DNA of 64,000 nucleotides, from NCBI GenBank assembly GCA_963701095.1, contig OY969564.1:1152001-1216000 (forward strand). Direction: 5' to 3'. A program made the position numbers and the translations under genes. The notes under the pieces are model-generated. The model was not told the DNA's origin and made no database searches. It was given only the letters and a program-made list of their open reading frames with translations. The DNA comes from an uncultured Methanoregulaceae archaeon. Lineage in GTDB: Archaea > Halobacteriota > Methanomicrobia > Methanomicrobiales > Methanospirillaceae. Below, one piece after another: positions 32,852-42,802 of the stretch. Every line of letters starts with the position of its first letter. The first letter of the stretch is position 1.

Positions 32852-33505
32852 TTATTTATCTTTTTGCGTTGTCCGGTAAAACCGGCACAGCATTCGTATA
32901 CCACACACCGGGCACTGTGGTTTTTTTGCCGTGCAGCAGGCCCGGCCGTGAGCGATGAAAACATCGGTGAGATCGCCCCACTCATTTGAAGGGAACAGAG
33001 TCATAAGATCATGTTCGATTACCTTGACATCATCAGTGTCCGAAAATCCGATTCTCTGTGCAAGCCGGCGCACATGCGTGTCCACGGCAATACCATGGTT
33101 CTTCCCGAAACCATGGTACAACACAATATTTGCCGTTTTTCTCCCGACGCCAGGTATAGAAAGCAGGTCTTCCATAGTATCCGGCACCTGCCCGCCAAAG
33201 TCCGTGATCAGGGTTTTTGCTGCAGCAATGATGTGACGCGCTTTTGCATGGTAGAACCCCAGTCTGTGAATGATAGGTTCTACATCAGCAATGTCAGCAC
33301 TGGCTAGGGCCTCCGGCGTAGGATAGGCAGAAAAAAGCGGTTTTTCTACCAGAAGAACGGCCTTGTCGGTTGTCTGTGCGGAGAGTATTGTTAAGATAAG
33401 CACGTGAAAAGGTGTCCCCCGGGCAACGGTCAAAGGAGACTCACGGGCATCAGGGTACTGCTTTAACAGAAGAGAATAGATCCGCCGGGCATCCTGTGTT
33501 TTCAT
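32852..33505 (-). CDS. nth: Endonuclease III
   Basis: ILSAQTTD, HhH motif IPGVGRKTA, VDTHV and C-x6-C-x2-C-x5-C Fe-S motif. Confidence 0.95.
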   Translation of the reverse strand: MKTQDARRIYSLLLKQYPDARESPLTVARGTPFHVLILTILSAQTTDKAVLLVEKPLFSAYPTPEALASADIADVEPIIHRLGFYHAKARHIIAAAKTLITDFGGQVPDTMEDLLSIPGVGRKTANIVLYHGFGKNHGIAVDTHVRRLAQRIGFSDTDDVKVIEHDLMTLFPSNEWGDLTDVFIAHGRACCTAKKPQCPVCGIRMLCRFYRTTQKDK

Positions 33506-33512
33506 AGTCACA

Positions 33513-33587
33513 TGGGGTAGGGCGGATTCGAACCGCCGTCAAAGCGTCCCAAACGCTCTAGGATGGACCAGGCTACCCTACTACCCC
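33513..33587 (-). tRNA. tRNA-Pro(TGG)
   Basis: GGGGTAG/CTACCCC acceptor stem; GAGCG-TTTGGGA-CGCTT anticodon arm; GTTCGAATC T-loop. Confidence 0.95.
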
Positions 33588-33645
33588 GCGTCCTACAATA
33601 TTGTCCCCAACGGCTAAAAATACCTGCCGTTTACCACTCACTAAA

Positions 33646-34349
33646 TCAGAGAGGGAGGATCTTTTTCTTCGTCTCACTCACAATGGATCCATCAAGATGC
33701 CCGGTGAGAAGAGCGTCAGAAAGGTTCTCCGGTCGTGTTCCATCAAGGACAACTAGAGGGATGTGGCTTCTTTCCACAACCCGGGCGGCGATGATATCGA
33801 GAACGTTATGGGATCCGGCTCCAAGACCACCACGACCGACGATCTCAATCAGCTGCTTTGGAGTTAGTGTCCGGTGATGTTTTGCACCGGGAAACTTTTT
33901 GGGATCTTTGTCGTAAATACCGTTAACTGACGTTACATTAACAAAAACGTCAGCATGAACCCGTTCTGCAAGGACGGCGGCGACCGCGTCGGTTGTTTGG
34001 CCCGGGTGATCCCGCCCATGACGACAATCTTTTTTGATTCGGCAAATTTTTTTGCCTCGGAATGGCTTTCGGCAACTTTGGGGTATGCAGAGTCACCTAA
34101 AGCTGCAATCAGGAGTGTGGCATTGAGCCGGGTCACGAGAATGCCAATCTCGTCTGCAGTCCCTTCATCTATGCCAAGGTCCCGGGCGACCCCGATATAA
34201 TCCCGGGCTCCGCCACCACCACCGACAACGACAAAGAGCCGGTGTTGTGCGGCAATCGTTTCAAGGACCGGGAGATAGGCCTGTATCCGGTTGTTGTTCA
34301 GTTCCGGGATCAGGATCGAACCACCGAGAGAGATAACGATTGTCTTCAT
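33646..34349 (-). CDS. pyrH: UMP kinase; frameshift at about 34003
   Basis: VISLGGS and VVGGGGGAR motifs; continues PGQTTDAVAA...TSVNGIYDKDP to TGA at 33646. Confidence 0.9.
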
Positions 34350-34404
34350 GGACTAGTTTTTGTACAGGATGCTCATATAGAGTTGTTCTAAGCGAGAACC
34401 GACC

Positions 34405-34569
34405 ATGTTGTGCTGTCCTGTCTGTAAGAGCCGGGAGATTTTCCCGGTTGCCGGGGGGTATATGGGGCAGGTATACCTCTGCAAGAACTGCAAATACCGG
34501 GGATCGTTTGTCCTTGAAATAGATGATGATGAAGTAAAAAGTGATGAACCGGGAGAGCCGGTGAAATAA
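34405..34569 (+). CDS. 54-aa Zn-ribbon microprotein (not in ORF track)
   Basis: MLCCPVCKS...GGYMGQVYLCKNCKYRGSFVLEIDDD; two CxxC pairs and an acidic tail. Confidence 0.75.
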   Translation: MLCCPVCKSREIFPVAGGYMGQVYLCKNCKYRGSFVLEIDDDEVKSDEPGEPVK

Positions 34570-34584
34570 CGAGAGGACTCAGGT

Positions 34585-35597
34585 ATGCATGAAGCACGCC
34601 AGTACGCAAAAAAAGAAAATAACATAGTACAATGCTCACTGTGTAGTCATCGCTGCACCATTGCCCATGGAAAACACGGAATATGTGGTGTACGAAAAAA
34701 TGAGGGCGGAGTATTGTATGCGACGACATATGGGCTCGTGAGCGCTGAAGCTGTCGATCCCATTGAGAAAAAACCTCTCTTTCATTACCTTCCCGGTACT
34801 CTGTCATATTCATTGGGTGGTGTCGGGTGCAACTTCCGGTGTGAACACTGCCAGAACTGGCATATTTCTCAGGCAGACCGGGACACAACCCGGCTTATAG
34901 GGATATCTCCCGGAGAAGGAGTGACGCGGGCTCTTGGAAGCGGCAGCGCAAGCATTTCCTGGACCTATAACGAGCCGACTATCTGGCACGAGTATACTCT
35001 TGATATGGGGACCCTTGCGCGGGCGCGGGGTCTGGGAACAATTTACGTCACGAACGGTTACATCACCGAGGAAGCCCTGACGGAACTTGCCCCTATGCTT
35101 GCCGCGTTCCGTGTTGATCTCAAGGCGTTTACCGATGATTTCTATAAGAAGATCTGTGGGGGGCATCTTCAGCCGGTACTGAACGCGACCGTACGTGCCC
35201 GTGAACTGGGGATGCATATCGAAACTGTGACGCTGGTCATCCCGGGACTCAATGATAGCATGGAAGAGCAGGAATCCCTGATCCGGTGGGTTATCGAGCA
35301 CCTCGGCCCGCAGACACCCATGCACTTTTCAGCATTCCACCCGGATTATCATATGACAAACCGTGAGGCGACTCCGGTTGCTCTTCTCGAAAAGATTTGT
35401 TCCCGGGCAAAAGAACTCGGCTCCGGTACCCCTATCTTGGAAATGTCCCGCACAGCAAATACGAAAACACCTATTGCCCGGCATGTGGCGCCATGCTCAT
35501 TGAACGCAGGGGATTTTCAAGCCGCATAACCGGCCTTGACGATAGGCAGTGCACATCCTGCGGCGAGACAATCGAGATTGTATGTCATGCCTCCTGA
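34585..35597 (+). CDS. amrS: AmmeMemoRadiSam system radical SAM enzyme; frameshift at about 35420
   Basis: CSLCSHRC, DPIEKKPLFH, GCNFRCEHCQNW, TYNEP and C-terminal YLGNV...TYCPACG. Confidence 0.88.
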
Positions 35598-36066
35598 AAC
35601 CCGTTTTGTCGCGGACCGGATGCTTGGAACACTCACCCGGTATCTCCGGTTTATGGGATATGACACGATCAGTGCAAACGGGTTCCGCTCTGGTGATGCC
35701 AACGAAGATACGCAGCTCCTTGCTCTTGCACTCCGCGAGCACCGGATACTCCTGACCCGGGATCACGAACTTGCCCGGCGAGGGCAGGACCAGGCGGTAC
35801 TGGTCATTGACGGCGATGTACTTGCTCAGGTTCAGCAGCTGGCTCATCTCGGTCTTATAGAACGTCGCCTCCCCATGAGCAGGTGTTCGATCTGTAACAC
35901 GGCACTCCGTGAGGCGACCGAAGACGAGATCCAGTCTGCAGGGTATGCACCGCGTGACCGGACCGGTTATTCCTTTTTCTGGTGTGTACACTGCGGAAAA
36001 CTGTACTGGAACGGTTCACATGGGAAGTGTCTCCAGGAAAGAATTGATGCCGGGTTCAGCATCTGA
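35587..36066 (+). CDS. Mut7-C RNase (PIN-like + Zn ribbon)
   Basis: FVADRMLGTLTRYLRFMGYD, LLTRD, SRCSICN and CVHCGKLYWNGSH motifs. Confidence 0.88.
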   Translation: MPPETRFVADRMLGTLTRYLRFMGYDTISANGFRSGDANEDTQLLALALREHRILLTRDHELARRGQDQAVLVIDGDVLAQVQQLAHLGLIERRLPMSRCSICNTALREATEDEIQSAGYAPRDRTGYSFFWCVHCGKLYWNGSHGKCLQERIDAGFSI

Positions 36067-36274
36067 TACTTTCATGGGGATCCCTTATTTTGCACAGAGG
36101 AAAAATCGCCTGTCCACGGCCGGTGTATCAGAACCAGTCTGTTCTCTCCAATACATATGAATATTGGGGAGAGAAAAACGGCAGATTTTTATCAACCACG
36201 AAACTTTCTTTAGATCAAAATTCAGGGGCAGTGGTCCGCCAGTTCAGTGGATCAGGTCGGAGCTTGATGTGATA

Positions 36275-36934
36275 ATGCCGGAACCAGAAAAAAAGAGGAA
36301 AATCACTGAGGAAATCGACCGGATGGAGATAATATTTGCAGTGATCCTCCTCATTGCAACGGTAACCTCCGCCCTCTGCGCCTATGAGGCGACCCTGTGG
36401 TCGGGGACCAAAAACTCGCTTACCGACATATCGGATAACATGAGAACCGACTCCATCCAGGCCAGCAACGATGCAAACCGGCAAATTCTCGTCGATGTCT
36501 CAGTTTTCCTCGCTTGGAGCGATGCAAAGAGTGCAAACGACACGGTCCGTGCAAGTGCTCTTGAGAACAGGTTCAATCCGGAGTTTAAACCTGCATTTGC
36601 GGCCTGGATTGCTGAAGTTCAGGGGCAGCCCCCTGGCACCATACCTCCCGGCACACCTTTTTCACTTCCCCAATATAACCTGAGCGCCCAGGTACAAAGC
36701 GAGGAACTGCAGGCAAACGCAACAGCAATCTATAACCAGGCGAAAGCGGCAGACGCAATAAGCGATCAATATCTCCTCAATGCTGTACTCTTTACTATCG
36801 TTCTCTTTCTCTGCGGTGTAGGCCAGCGGTGGAAGCACGACAAAATCCGGAGAATTATACTCGTGAGTGCTATACTGTTCTTTATCTTTGCGATCTCGGT
36901 GTTCCTCTGGCTTCCAAAGATATTCGGGTTCTAA
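36275..36934 (+). CDS. Conserved 3-TM membrane protein
   Basis: TM, helical soluble region, then two TMs. Confidence 0.7.
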   Translation: MPEPEKKRKITEEIDRMEIIFAVILLIATVTSALCAYEATLWSGTKNSLTDISDNMRTDSIQASNDANRQILVDVSVFLAWSDAKSANDTVRASALENRFNPEFKPAFAAWIAEVQGQPPGTIPPGTPFSLPQYNLSAQVQSEELQANATAIYNQAKAADAISDQYLLNAVLFTIVLFLCGVGQRWKHDKIRRIILVSAILFFIFAISVFLWLPKIFGF

Positions 36935-37029
36935 TCTTTTGGAGTCTTCTCATCTCATTTTTTCTCGCACTCAATATCATGAACTTCTGAGTTAAGGATA
37001 TCCCCTTTTTTGTGCATAATTCACTGCCC

Positions 37030-37366
37030 TTGATGCGGTCAATATATCATCCCAGTTCTGCTGCATTACCTCCCTAGGGATCTGGTACCTGTACACGGCC
37101 GTATGCTCGTACTGCTGCAGGATCGTGGTCAGTTACGTTGCAAACAGGTCCATCACCTTCCCGATGCAAACAGAAGAACTGCTGTTCAATTTGCAACTTT
37201 TTCTGCGATCTATATCTCATGCCTTATTGTCAATGTGGGGATTGTCTGGCTCACCGTTACCTACCTTTCACTTACTCCCATCACTGCAAAAATCATCGCA
37301 ATCTGCTGTACGTTTCTCTGGAATTGCCACGGGCAGAGCAGGTTCACATTCAGGGCACCGGTATAA
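37030..37366 (+). pseudogene. Degenerate GtrA-family (flippase-like) gene remnant
   Basis: LGIWYL...SYVANRSITF in one frame and QFATF...AKIIA...LWN..QSRFTF in another; no clear start. Confidence 0.6.
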
Positions 37367-37469
37367 ACAGGTGAATGTATACGGTTTTTGTGATCAAACA
37401 CGGTTATTGTGGTGTAGCGAGCGTGTAAAGCACTGATGGAACAAATTTCCCAAAAATGGAACTGATCTT

Positions 37470-39317
37470 TTATTTCCCGCCCAGAACTCTTTCAATCTCT
37501 TTCCTGAGCAGCTCGCTCACGACTTTCCCGTCCACGGACCCCCGGACTTCCTGCATCACAACGCCCATAAGAGGGCCAAGTGCTGCCCTCTGTTTCTGGG
37601 CAATAAAGTCCGCACGTTCAGCGATAATCTTTTTGATCACCGCTTCGAGTTCATCACGGGAAACGGTTGGGGCGAGTCTGGCCATTGCCTCCTCAGCAGT
37701 GCTACCCCCGGCAATCGCAGTGAGAATCTCGGGAATCGCTTCCTTTGCCACTGTACTCTTTTCAACTGCCTGAAGTACAGCAAGAATAGCGTTATCTGAG
37801 ATTCCATCGGTATTCACGCCATCACGACGGATCTCTTTGAGGGTTGCAAGAAGCGTTCGCGACGCAAGGTTTGCCTTAACTCCGTCTGCAAGAGCCCTTT
37901 CGAAAAGGGGACGGTATTCGGAGAATGCCATCTGCCGGGCAACGGCCGGGTCAAGACCGAGTTCCGAGGCGAACCGTTCGGCTTTGAGGGTGAGGAGCTC
38001 GGGAACGGTTACTGCATGCCACCGGCATTCATCAATCCGGACCGGAAGGACATCGGTTTCCGGGTACATCCGTTCTGCTCCGGGAAGGGGACGCATATAT
38101 GCAGTGCTGCCCTCTTCGAGCATTTTCCGGGTCTCTTCGGGAACAGGTTTATCCGAGAGCGCCATTTGAGCCCTGTTGTGGACCTGGCTCCACGCACAAC
38201 TTGCCTGTTTTGGGTTCGCCCCGGCAACAAGGATCACACAATCCTGTTCTTGTGCCCTTACAAAATTACGAAGTGCCGCAACTTCTACCGCTGTGACGCC
38301 ATATGCTGGGAGCTCGTCTGTATGGAAAATCCCGCCGACTCCACACTTTTTCGCATAATCCGACATTTCGCTTCCCAGGCGACGACCGGGCTGGATCTCG
38401 CGGCCCACTAATCCGGCGAAACCTGGCAAGACAAGGGCATAGATTTTCTTGGCTTTTTTGAGAATCGCGGATTTTGTTTCTTTGAAGAGATCCGTGATAT
38501 CTGTCTGCTCGGTCCCGACACTCGCGTGACGTTTTATGAGTTCCGCGTGAATTGAAAGGAGACTTTCCTGGCGCTGGACTTCCCGGCGGACAACTTCTGC
38601 AATAAGATCGAGATCCTGTACACCTTTGATCTCGACCCGTGCTCCGTCTTTAATGGAGATGTTGACATCCTGCCGGATTGTCCCAAGGCCCCGCTTTACC
38701 GCACCGGTTGAACGAAGCACCATGCCGATATATTCGGCGACCTGCTGGACATCCTCCGGGGTATGCATGCAGGGCGATGTCGTGATTTCAATAAGCGGGA
38801 TACCAAGACGGTCAAGCGAGAAAATATCGTCTTTGACCCGTTGTGCCGCCTCTTCTTCGATACAGATCGTCTCGATGATCCCGCCGTTCGGGAGGGCGCC
38901 ATTGATGGCCACAAGTGCCGAACGCTGGAACCCGCTTGTGTTGGAACCATCGATCACCAGTTTACGCATTACGTGGATCTGAGGGATCGGCGTCATACAA
39001 AAGGTCTTTGCAATGGTGAGACCGATCGTGAGTGCTTCATCGTTAAGAGGAGCGGGAGGCTCCTCATCATTCTCGACAAGACAGGTGGTCCTGTAGGTGT
39101 AATACTGGAACTTACGCACCTGTTTCATCTCTTCCTGAGCAGCCCGGTCAATTTCGCCCATCTCGCTTTCGGTCGCTCGCAGGAACCGGAAGAATTCACC
39201 GGTGTGTTGGGCATTATCAAGAAGCGTTGTCGGGCAGTGGCAGAACAGTTTCTCTTTGGTGTCGAGTTGCTGGTGGATCTCGATACCCGCGGTGAGCCCC
39301 AGGACCTTATAATCCAT
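37470..39317 (-). CDS. gatE: Glu-tRNA(Gln) amidotransferase subunit E
   Basis: GIEIHQQL, MRKLVIDGSNTSGFQR, RGLGTIRQDVN and ERMYPETD motifs. Confidence 0.97.
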   Translation of the reverse strand: MDYKVLGLTAGIEIHQQLDTKEKLFCHCPTTLLDNAQHTGEFFRFLRATESEMGEIDRAAQEEMKQVRKFQYYTYRTTCLVENDEEPPAPLNDEALTIGLTIAKTFCMTPIPQIHVMRKLVIDGSNTSGFQRSALVAINGALPNGGIIETICIEEEAAQRVKDDIFSLDRLGIPLIEITTSPCMHTPEDVQQVAEYIGMVLRSTGAVKRGLGTIRQDVNISIKDGARVEIKGVQDLDLIAEVVRREVQRQESLLSIHAELIKRHASVGTEQTDITDLFKETKSAILKKAKKIYALVLPGFAGLVGREIQPGRRLGSEMSDYAKKCGVGGIFHTDELPAYGVTAVEVAALRNFVRAQEQDCVILVAGANPKQASCAWSQVHNRAQMALSDKPVPEETRKMLEEGSTAYMRPLPGAERMYPETDVLPVRIDECRWHAVTVPELLTLKAERFASELGLDPAVARQMAFSEYRPLFERALADGVKANLASRTLLATLKEIRRDGVNTDGISDNAILAVLQAVEKSTVAKEAIPEILTAIAGGSTAEEAMARLAPTVSRDELEAVIKKIIAERADFIAQKQRAALGPLMGVVMQEVRGSVDGKVVSELLRKEIERVLGGK

Positions 39318-40543
39318 GGGCACTCCTCCGCATACATTCACCTTTGAGATCCGTTTTCATCAGAGTTGCCGCCTTTTCCGGATCTTTTTCGTTTGCAAGC
39401 ACCCACATCTGTTTGACGAGAGCCACTTCAGGAAGCATATCGCCGCCTTCAATAACACCAGCGGCCAGGAGATCACGGCCCGTGTCATAAACACGGTCAC
39501 AGACCCGGCCGTTCATACACTGCGAAGTCATCACAACCTGTGCGCCATCGGCTATCAAGGCTTTTATATGCGGGATAAGGATCGTACTCACGTGCCCAGA
39601 CCGGTACCCGAGAGGATGAGCCCTTTGTACCCTTCATAACCCTTCAGGACATCCGAGGACATTCCCGGGTAGAACTGGATAAGACCGCAATGCGGTTCGA
39701 GATTGTTGTGCAGGACAAGTTTATGAGACCCCCTGCGAACCGCTTCTTCGGTTAAAGTAACGGTACGGGTAGTGTAGTCGACCGTACCGACGGGGGGAAT
39801 TCCGATACTTTTGAATGCATCCCGCCGGGACGTATGCATTTTTCGCACCCGGTACCCCGGTGGATAGCACAAAAATCATCATTTGTAGTTCCGTGCATGA
39901 CGATGGCAACTTCGCCGAGTTCGCTTTCTGCAGTACACGCCGCACATACTGCATTCATTGAATTGTCACTCGACGGCCGGTCAGCCGAACGTTGGGATCC
40001 AACAAAGACAACAGGTACAGGAGTATCAATCATGAAACTGACAGCAGCTGCACTATACGCCATCGTATCTGTCCCGTGTGTAACGATAACACCCGCAACA
40101 CCGAGTTTTATTTCATCATAAATCGCTTTCGCAAGCTCCTGCCATATCATCGGAGTCATGTTCTCCGAGAGGATGGTATAAAGTCGTTTTGTACGGTACC
40201 TGCCGATTTCGGCAAGAGCCGGGATTGCGGTCAGGATATCATCTGCATCGAACTGGCTGGTAACAGCCCCGGTCCGGTAATCAATCCTGCTTGCGATAGT
40301 GCCGCCAGTTGAGATGATAGCGAGCTCGGGAACGCGTGGATCCTGCTTTACCGGTGCTGGCCGGGCTGATGGGGTTTTGGCCGGGAAAACAAGACTGCAG
40401 CATGTTTTTTCGACACCGATATTATAACCGCTTGAAAGTTTTACGACAACCATTCCATCCCGGTCGGTGATATATGTCCCGGAAAGGGTCATGTTGCCAT
40501 AGGTGCAGGTGACAAGATCCCCAGCAGAAAACGAAGCGGTTAT
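39307..40543 (-). CDS. gatD: Glu-tRNA(Gln) amidotransferase subunit D; frameshifts at about 39597 and 39850; apparent ATA start
   Basis: KLSSGYNIG, STGGTIAS, HGTDT, GSQRSADRPSSD, KMHTSRRDAF, GTGLG and VYDTGR across three ORFs. Confidence 0.93.
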
Positions 40544-42021
40544 GCTACCATCCTCCGGGCATCGGCGATAAGGTCCTCTTTTGTTTTTAAAATCTTTGCA
40601 AGTTTTTCGTCGATGAACGTTGAGTTAGTATCAAGCTGTTTTTTCCTGTCTGCAATCGCTATCTTGGTTGCGAATGGTGCTGGTCCGCCGGTCGCTTTCC
40701 TGATACTGACCGAGTTATTCACATCAAGTGCAACATCTATCTGGTCCTGGGTAAGTCCCTTACTGGAAAGCGAGATCCCCAGATCAAGTTCCTTTATCGA
40801 AGATTCAAGGTTTTCAAGGGTAAGGTTTCCTTTCTGGACAGCTCTGCCGACAATGTTATGGGCCATGCGGAAGGGAAGGCCGTAATCCCGTACAAGAGTA
40901 TCAGCAAGATCTGTTGCTGTCGAGAAACCCTTGCCAGCCTCCTCTTTCATACGCGCCGTATCAAAAGTGGCACTTGAGAGCATATCGATGAGGAGACGCA
41001 GGCTTTCCTTTGCGTCCCGCATACCCCGCCAGATGTTGGGGGTAAGCTCCTGGAGGTCACGGTTATAGCTCATTGGCAGACCTTTTATGGTCATGAGTGC
41101 CCCTGTATAAGCACCAAAGACCGATCCCGTTTTTGCCCGCATAATTTCCGCAGTATCAGGATTCTTTTTCTGTGGCATGATAGATGATGTAGAGCAGAAC
41201 GCATCATCAAGGGAAACAAACTGCACAAAGGAGGTGCTCCATATGACCAGTTCCTCGCAGAGCCGGCTCACGTTCGCCATAAGAATGGAAAGGGCGCCTA
41301 ATGTTTCAAGGGCAAAATCCCGAGTTGCTACAGCGTCCATGGTGTTAACGATAAGACCTTCGAATCCGAGGAGTTTTGCAGTAAACTCACGATCGATGGG
41401 ATACCCGGTAGATGCAAACGCGGCAGCACCAAGGGGGCATAGGTTGACCCTGGAATATGCGTCCCGCAGCCGGTCAAAATCGCGGGAGAACTGCTGCTCA
41501 TAGGAGAGGAGGTGATGGGCAAGGGTTGTGGGTTGGGCATGCTGGAGATGGGTAAAGCCGGGCATAACCGACTCACGATGCTGCTCGGCAAGTGCGACCA
41601 GCACTTCGCGGACTTTTAATAGTGCTGCCATCTGTTTGAGCAGATCTTCACGGAGTTTGAGCCGGATACAGGTAGCCACTTCATCGTTGCGTGACCGTCC
41701 CATGTGCATACGGCCACCAACGTCGACACCTACAGCTTCGATGAGGAGCGACTCAATCCCAGCATGGACATCCTCGAACCGGTCATCGAAGACCTCTTCA
41801 GGTACACCTTCGCTGTTGAGCTCAAGAAGCGCCGGCAGGAGCTGCTTCGCGATATCCGTGCCGATAATCTTCTGCCGTTCAAGCATCAGCACATGGGCAA
41901 TATCAACCAACACATCGGCATCGGCAATGCAGCGGTCGGATCGCATTGATGAGAGAAAACGCATCATTTCTCCCGTCCTTTCTCCTGAAAGGCGTCCCAG
42001 TCTTACAACATCGGTCCGCAT
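40540..42021 (-). CDS. argH: Argininosuccinate lyase
   Basis: GRSRNDEV, MPGFTHLQHAQP and SSIMPQKKNPD motifs. Confidence 0.96.
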   Translation of the reverse strand: MRTDVVRLGRLSGERTGEMMRFLSSMRSDRCIADADVLVDIAHVLMLERQKIIGTDIAKQLLPALLELNSEGVPEEVFDDRFEDVHAGIESLLIEAVGVDVGGRMHMGRSRNDEVATCIRLKLREDLLKQMAALLKVREVLVALAEQHRESVMPGFTHLQHAQPTTLAHHLLSYEQQFSRDFDRLRDAYSRVNLCPLGAAAFASTGYPIDREFTAKLLGFEGLIVNTMDAVATRDFALETLGALSILMANVSRLCEELVIWSTSFVQFVSLDDAFCSTSSIMPQKKNPDTAEIMRAKTGSVFGAYTGALMTIKGLPMSYNRDLQELTPNIWRGMRDAKESLRLLIDMLSSATFDTARMKEEAGKGFSTATDLADTLVRDYGLPFRMAHNIVGRAVQKGNLTLENLESSIKELDLGISLSSKGLTQDQIDVALDVNNSVSIRKATGGPAPFATKIAIADRKKQLDTNSTFIDEKLAKILKTKEDLIADARRMVA

Positions 42022-42071
42022 CAGTTTTCCCTCGCCATAATAATCTACATTTATGTGTACGCGCGGATCGA

Positions 42072-42605
42072 TTAAATCCACGCCTTCCGGGCTGCAAGTT
42101 CTATTGCCTGCTGAACAGATTCACGAGGGATGATTGTTGCTACCGGTACGTGAACCAGCTGCTCGATGATACTTGAGACAATCGGGGCGCAGACGATCGC
42201 AATCGCACCTTCCCGTTCGGCACGGACCGCAGCGACAATGGCATCTTCCATGGTATGGACTGGGTATTCACGGACCCGCATGCGATGGCCGTCGACTTCA
42301 GCGAGACGTTCCTCCACGCTCTCAAGTACCGGCCGGGCAGCAATGAGACCGATGAAATTCTCATCGCCGGTATGGTAAAACTGGCGCAGGGCCCGTACAA
42401 TTTCCCTTAAAGTCGAGAGGTTTGGCGAACGTTTACCGTGGAGGATTTTATACAACGAACTCTGGGCGATCCCACAGTGATCGGAAAGATCCCGGACGCT
42501 GATGCGCAGATCATTTTTCAAAAGATCATTTAAGGTTGTCACAAATACTTCATCAGAAATAAGAGCAGCGCGCAAAAGCCGGTCAACCGGGTCCATAGAG
42601 AGCAT
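42072..42605 (-). CDS. XRE-type HTH transcriptional regulator with C-terminal ligand domain
   Basis: SVRDLSDHCGIAQSSLYKILHG.RSPNL HTH; divergent from the ABC operon. Confidence 0.8.
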   Translation of the reverse strand: MLSMDPVDRLLRAALISDEVFVTTLNDLLKNDLRISVRDLSDHCGIAQSSLYKILHGKRSPNLSTLREIVRALRQFYHTGDENFIGLIAARPVLESVEERLAEVDGHRMRVREYPVHTMEDAIVAAVRAEREGAIAIVCAPIVSSIIEQLVHVPVATIIPRESVQQAIELAARKAWI

Positions 42606-42802
42606 AATAAACCCACAATTGGGTCAAAATGAAATAAATATTTCCACTGTTGTCTCATATAGTGAATAAAGAACTTCATCGAACATGTGGACGAATCGGG
42701 TACAAAAATTATCTAATTGTAGAGAATTTATTTTTATTTTACCTAATTGGATAAAATTTATACCCGGATGGACACTTTATTATTATCGTTCGGATAACCC
42801 GT

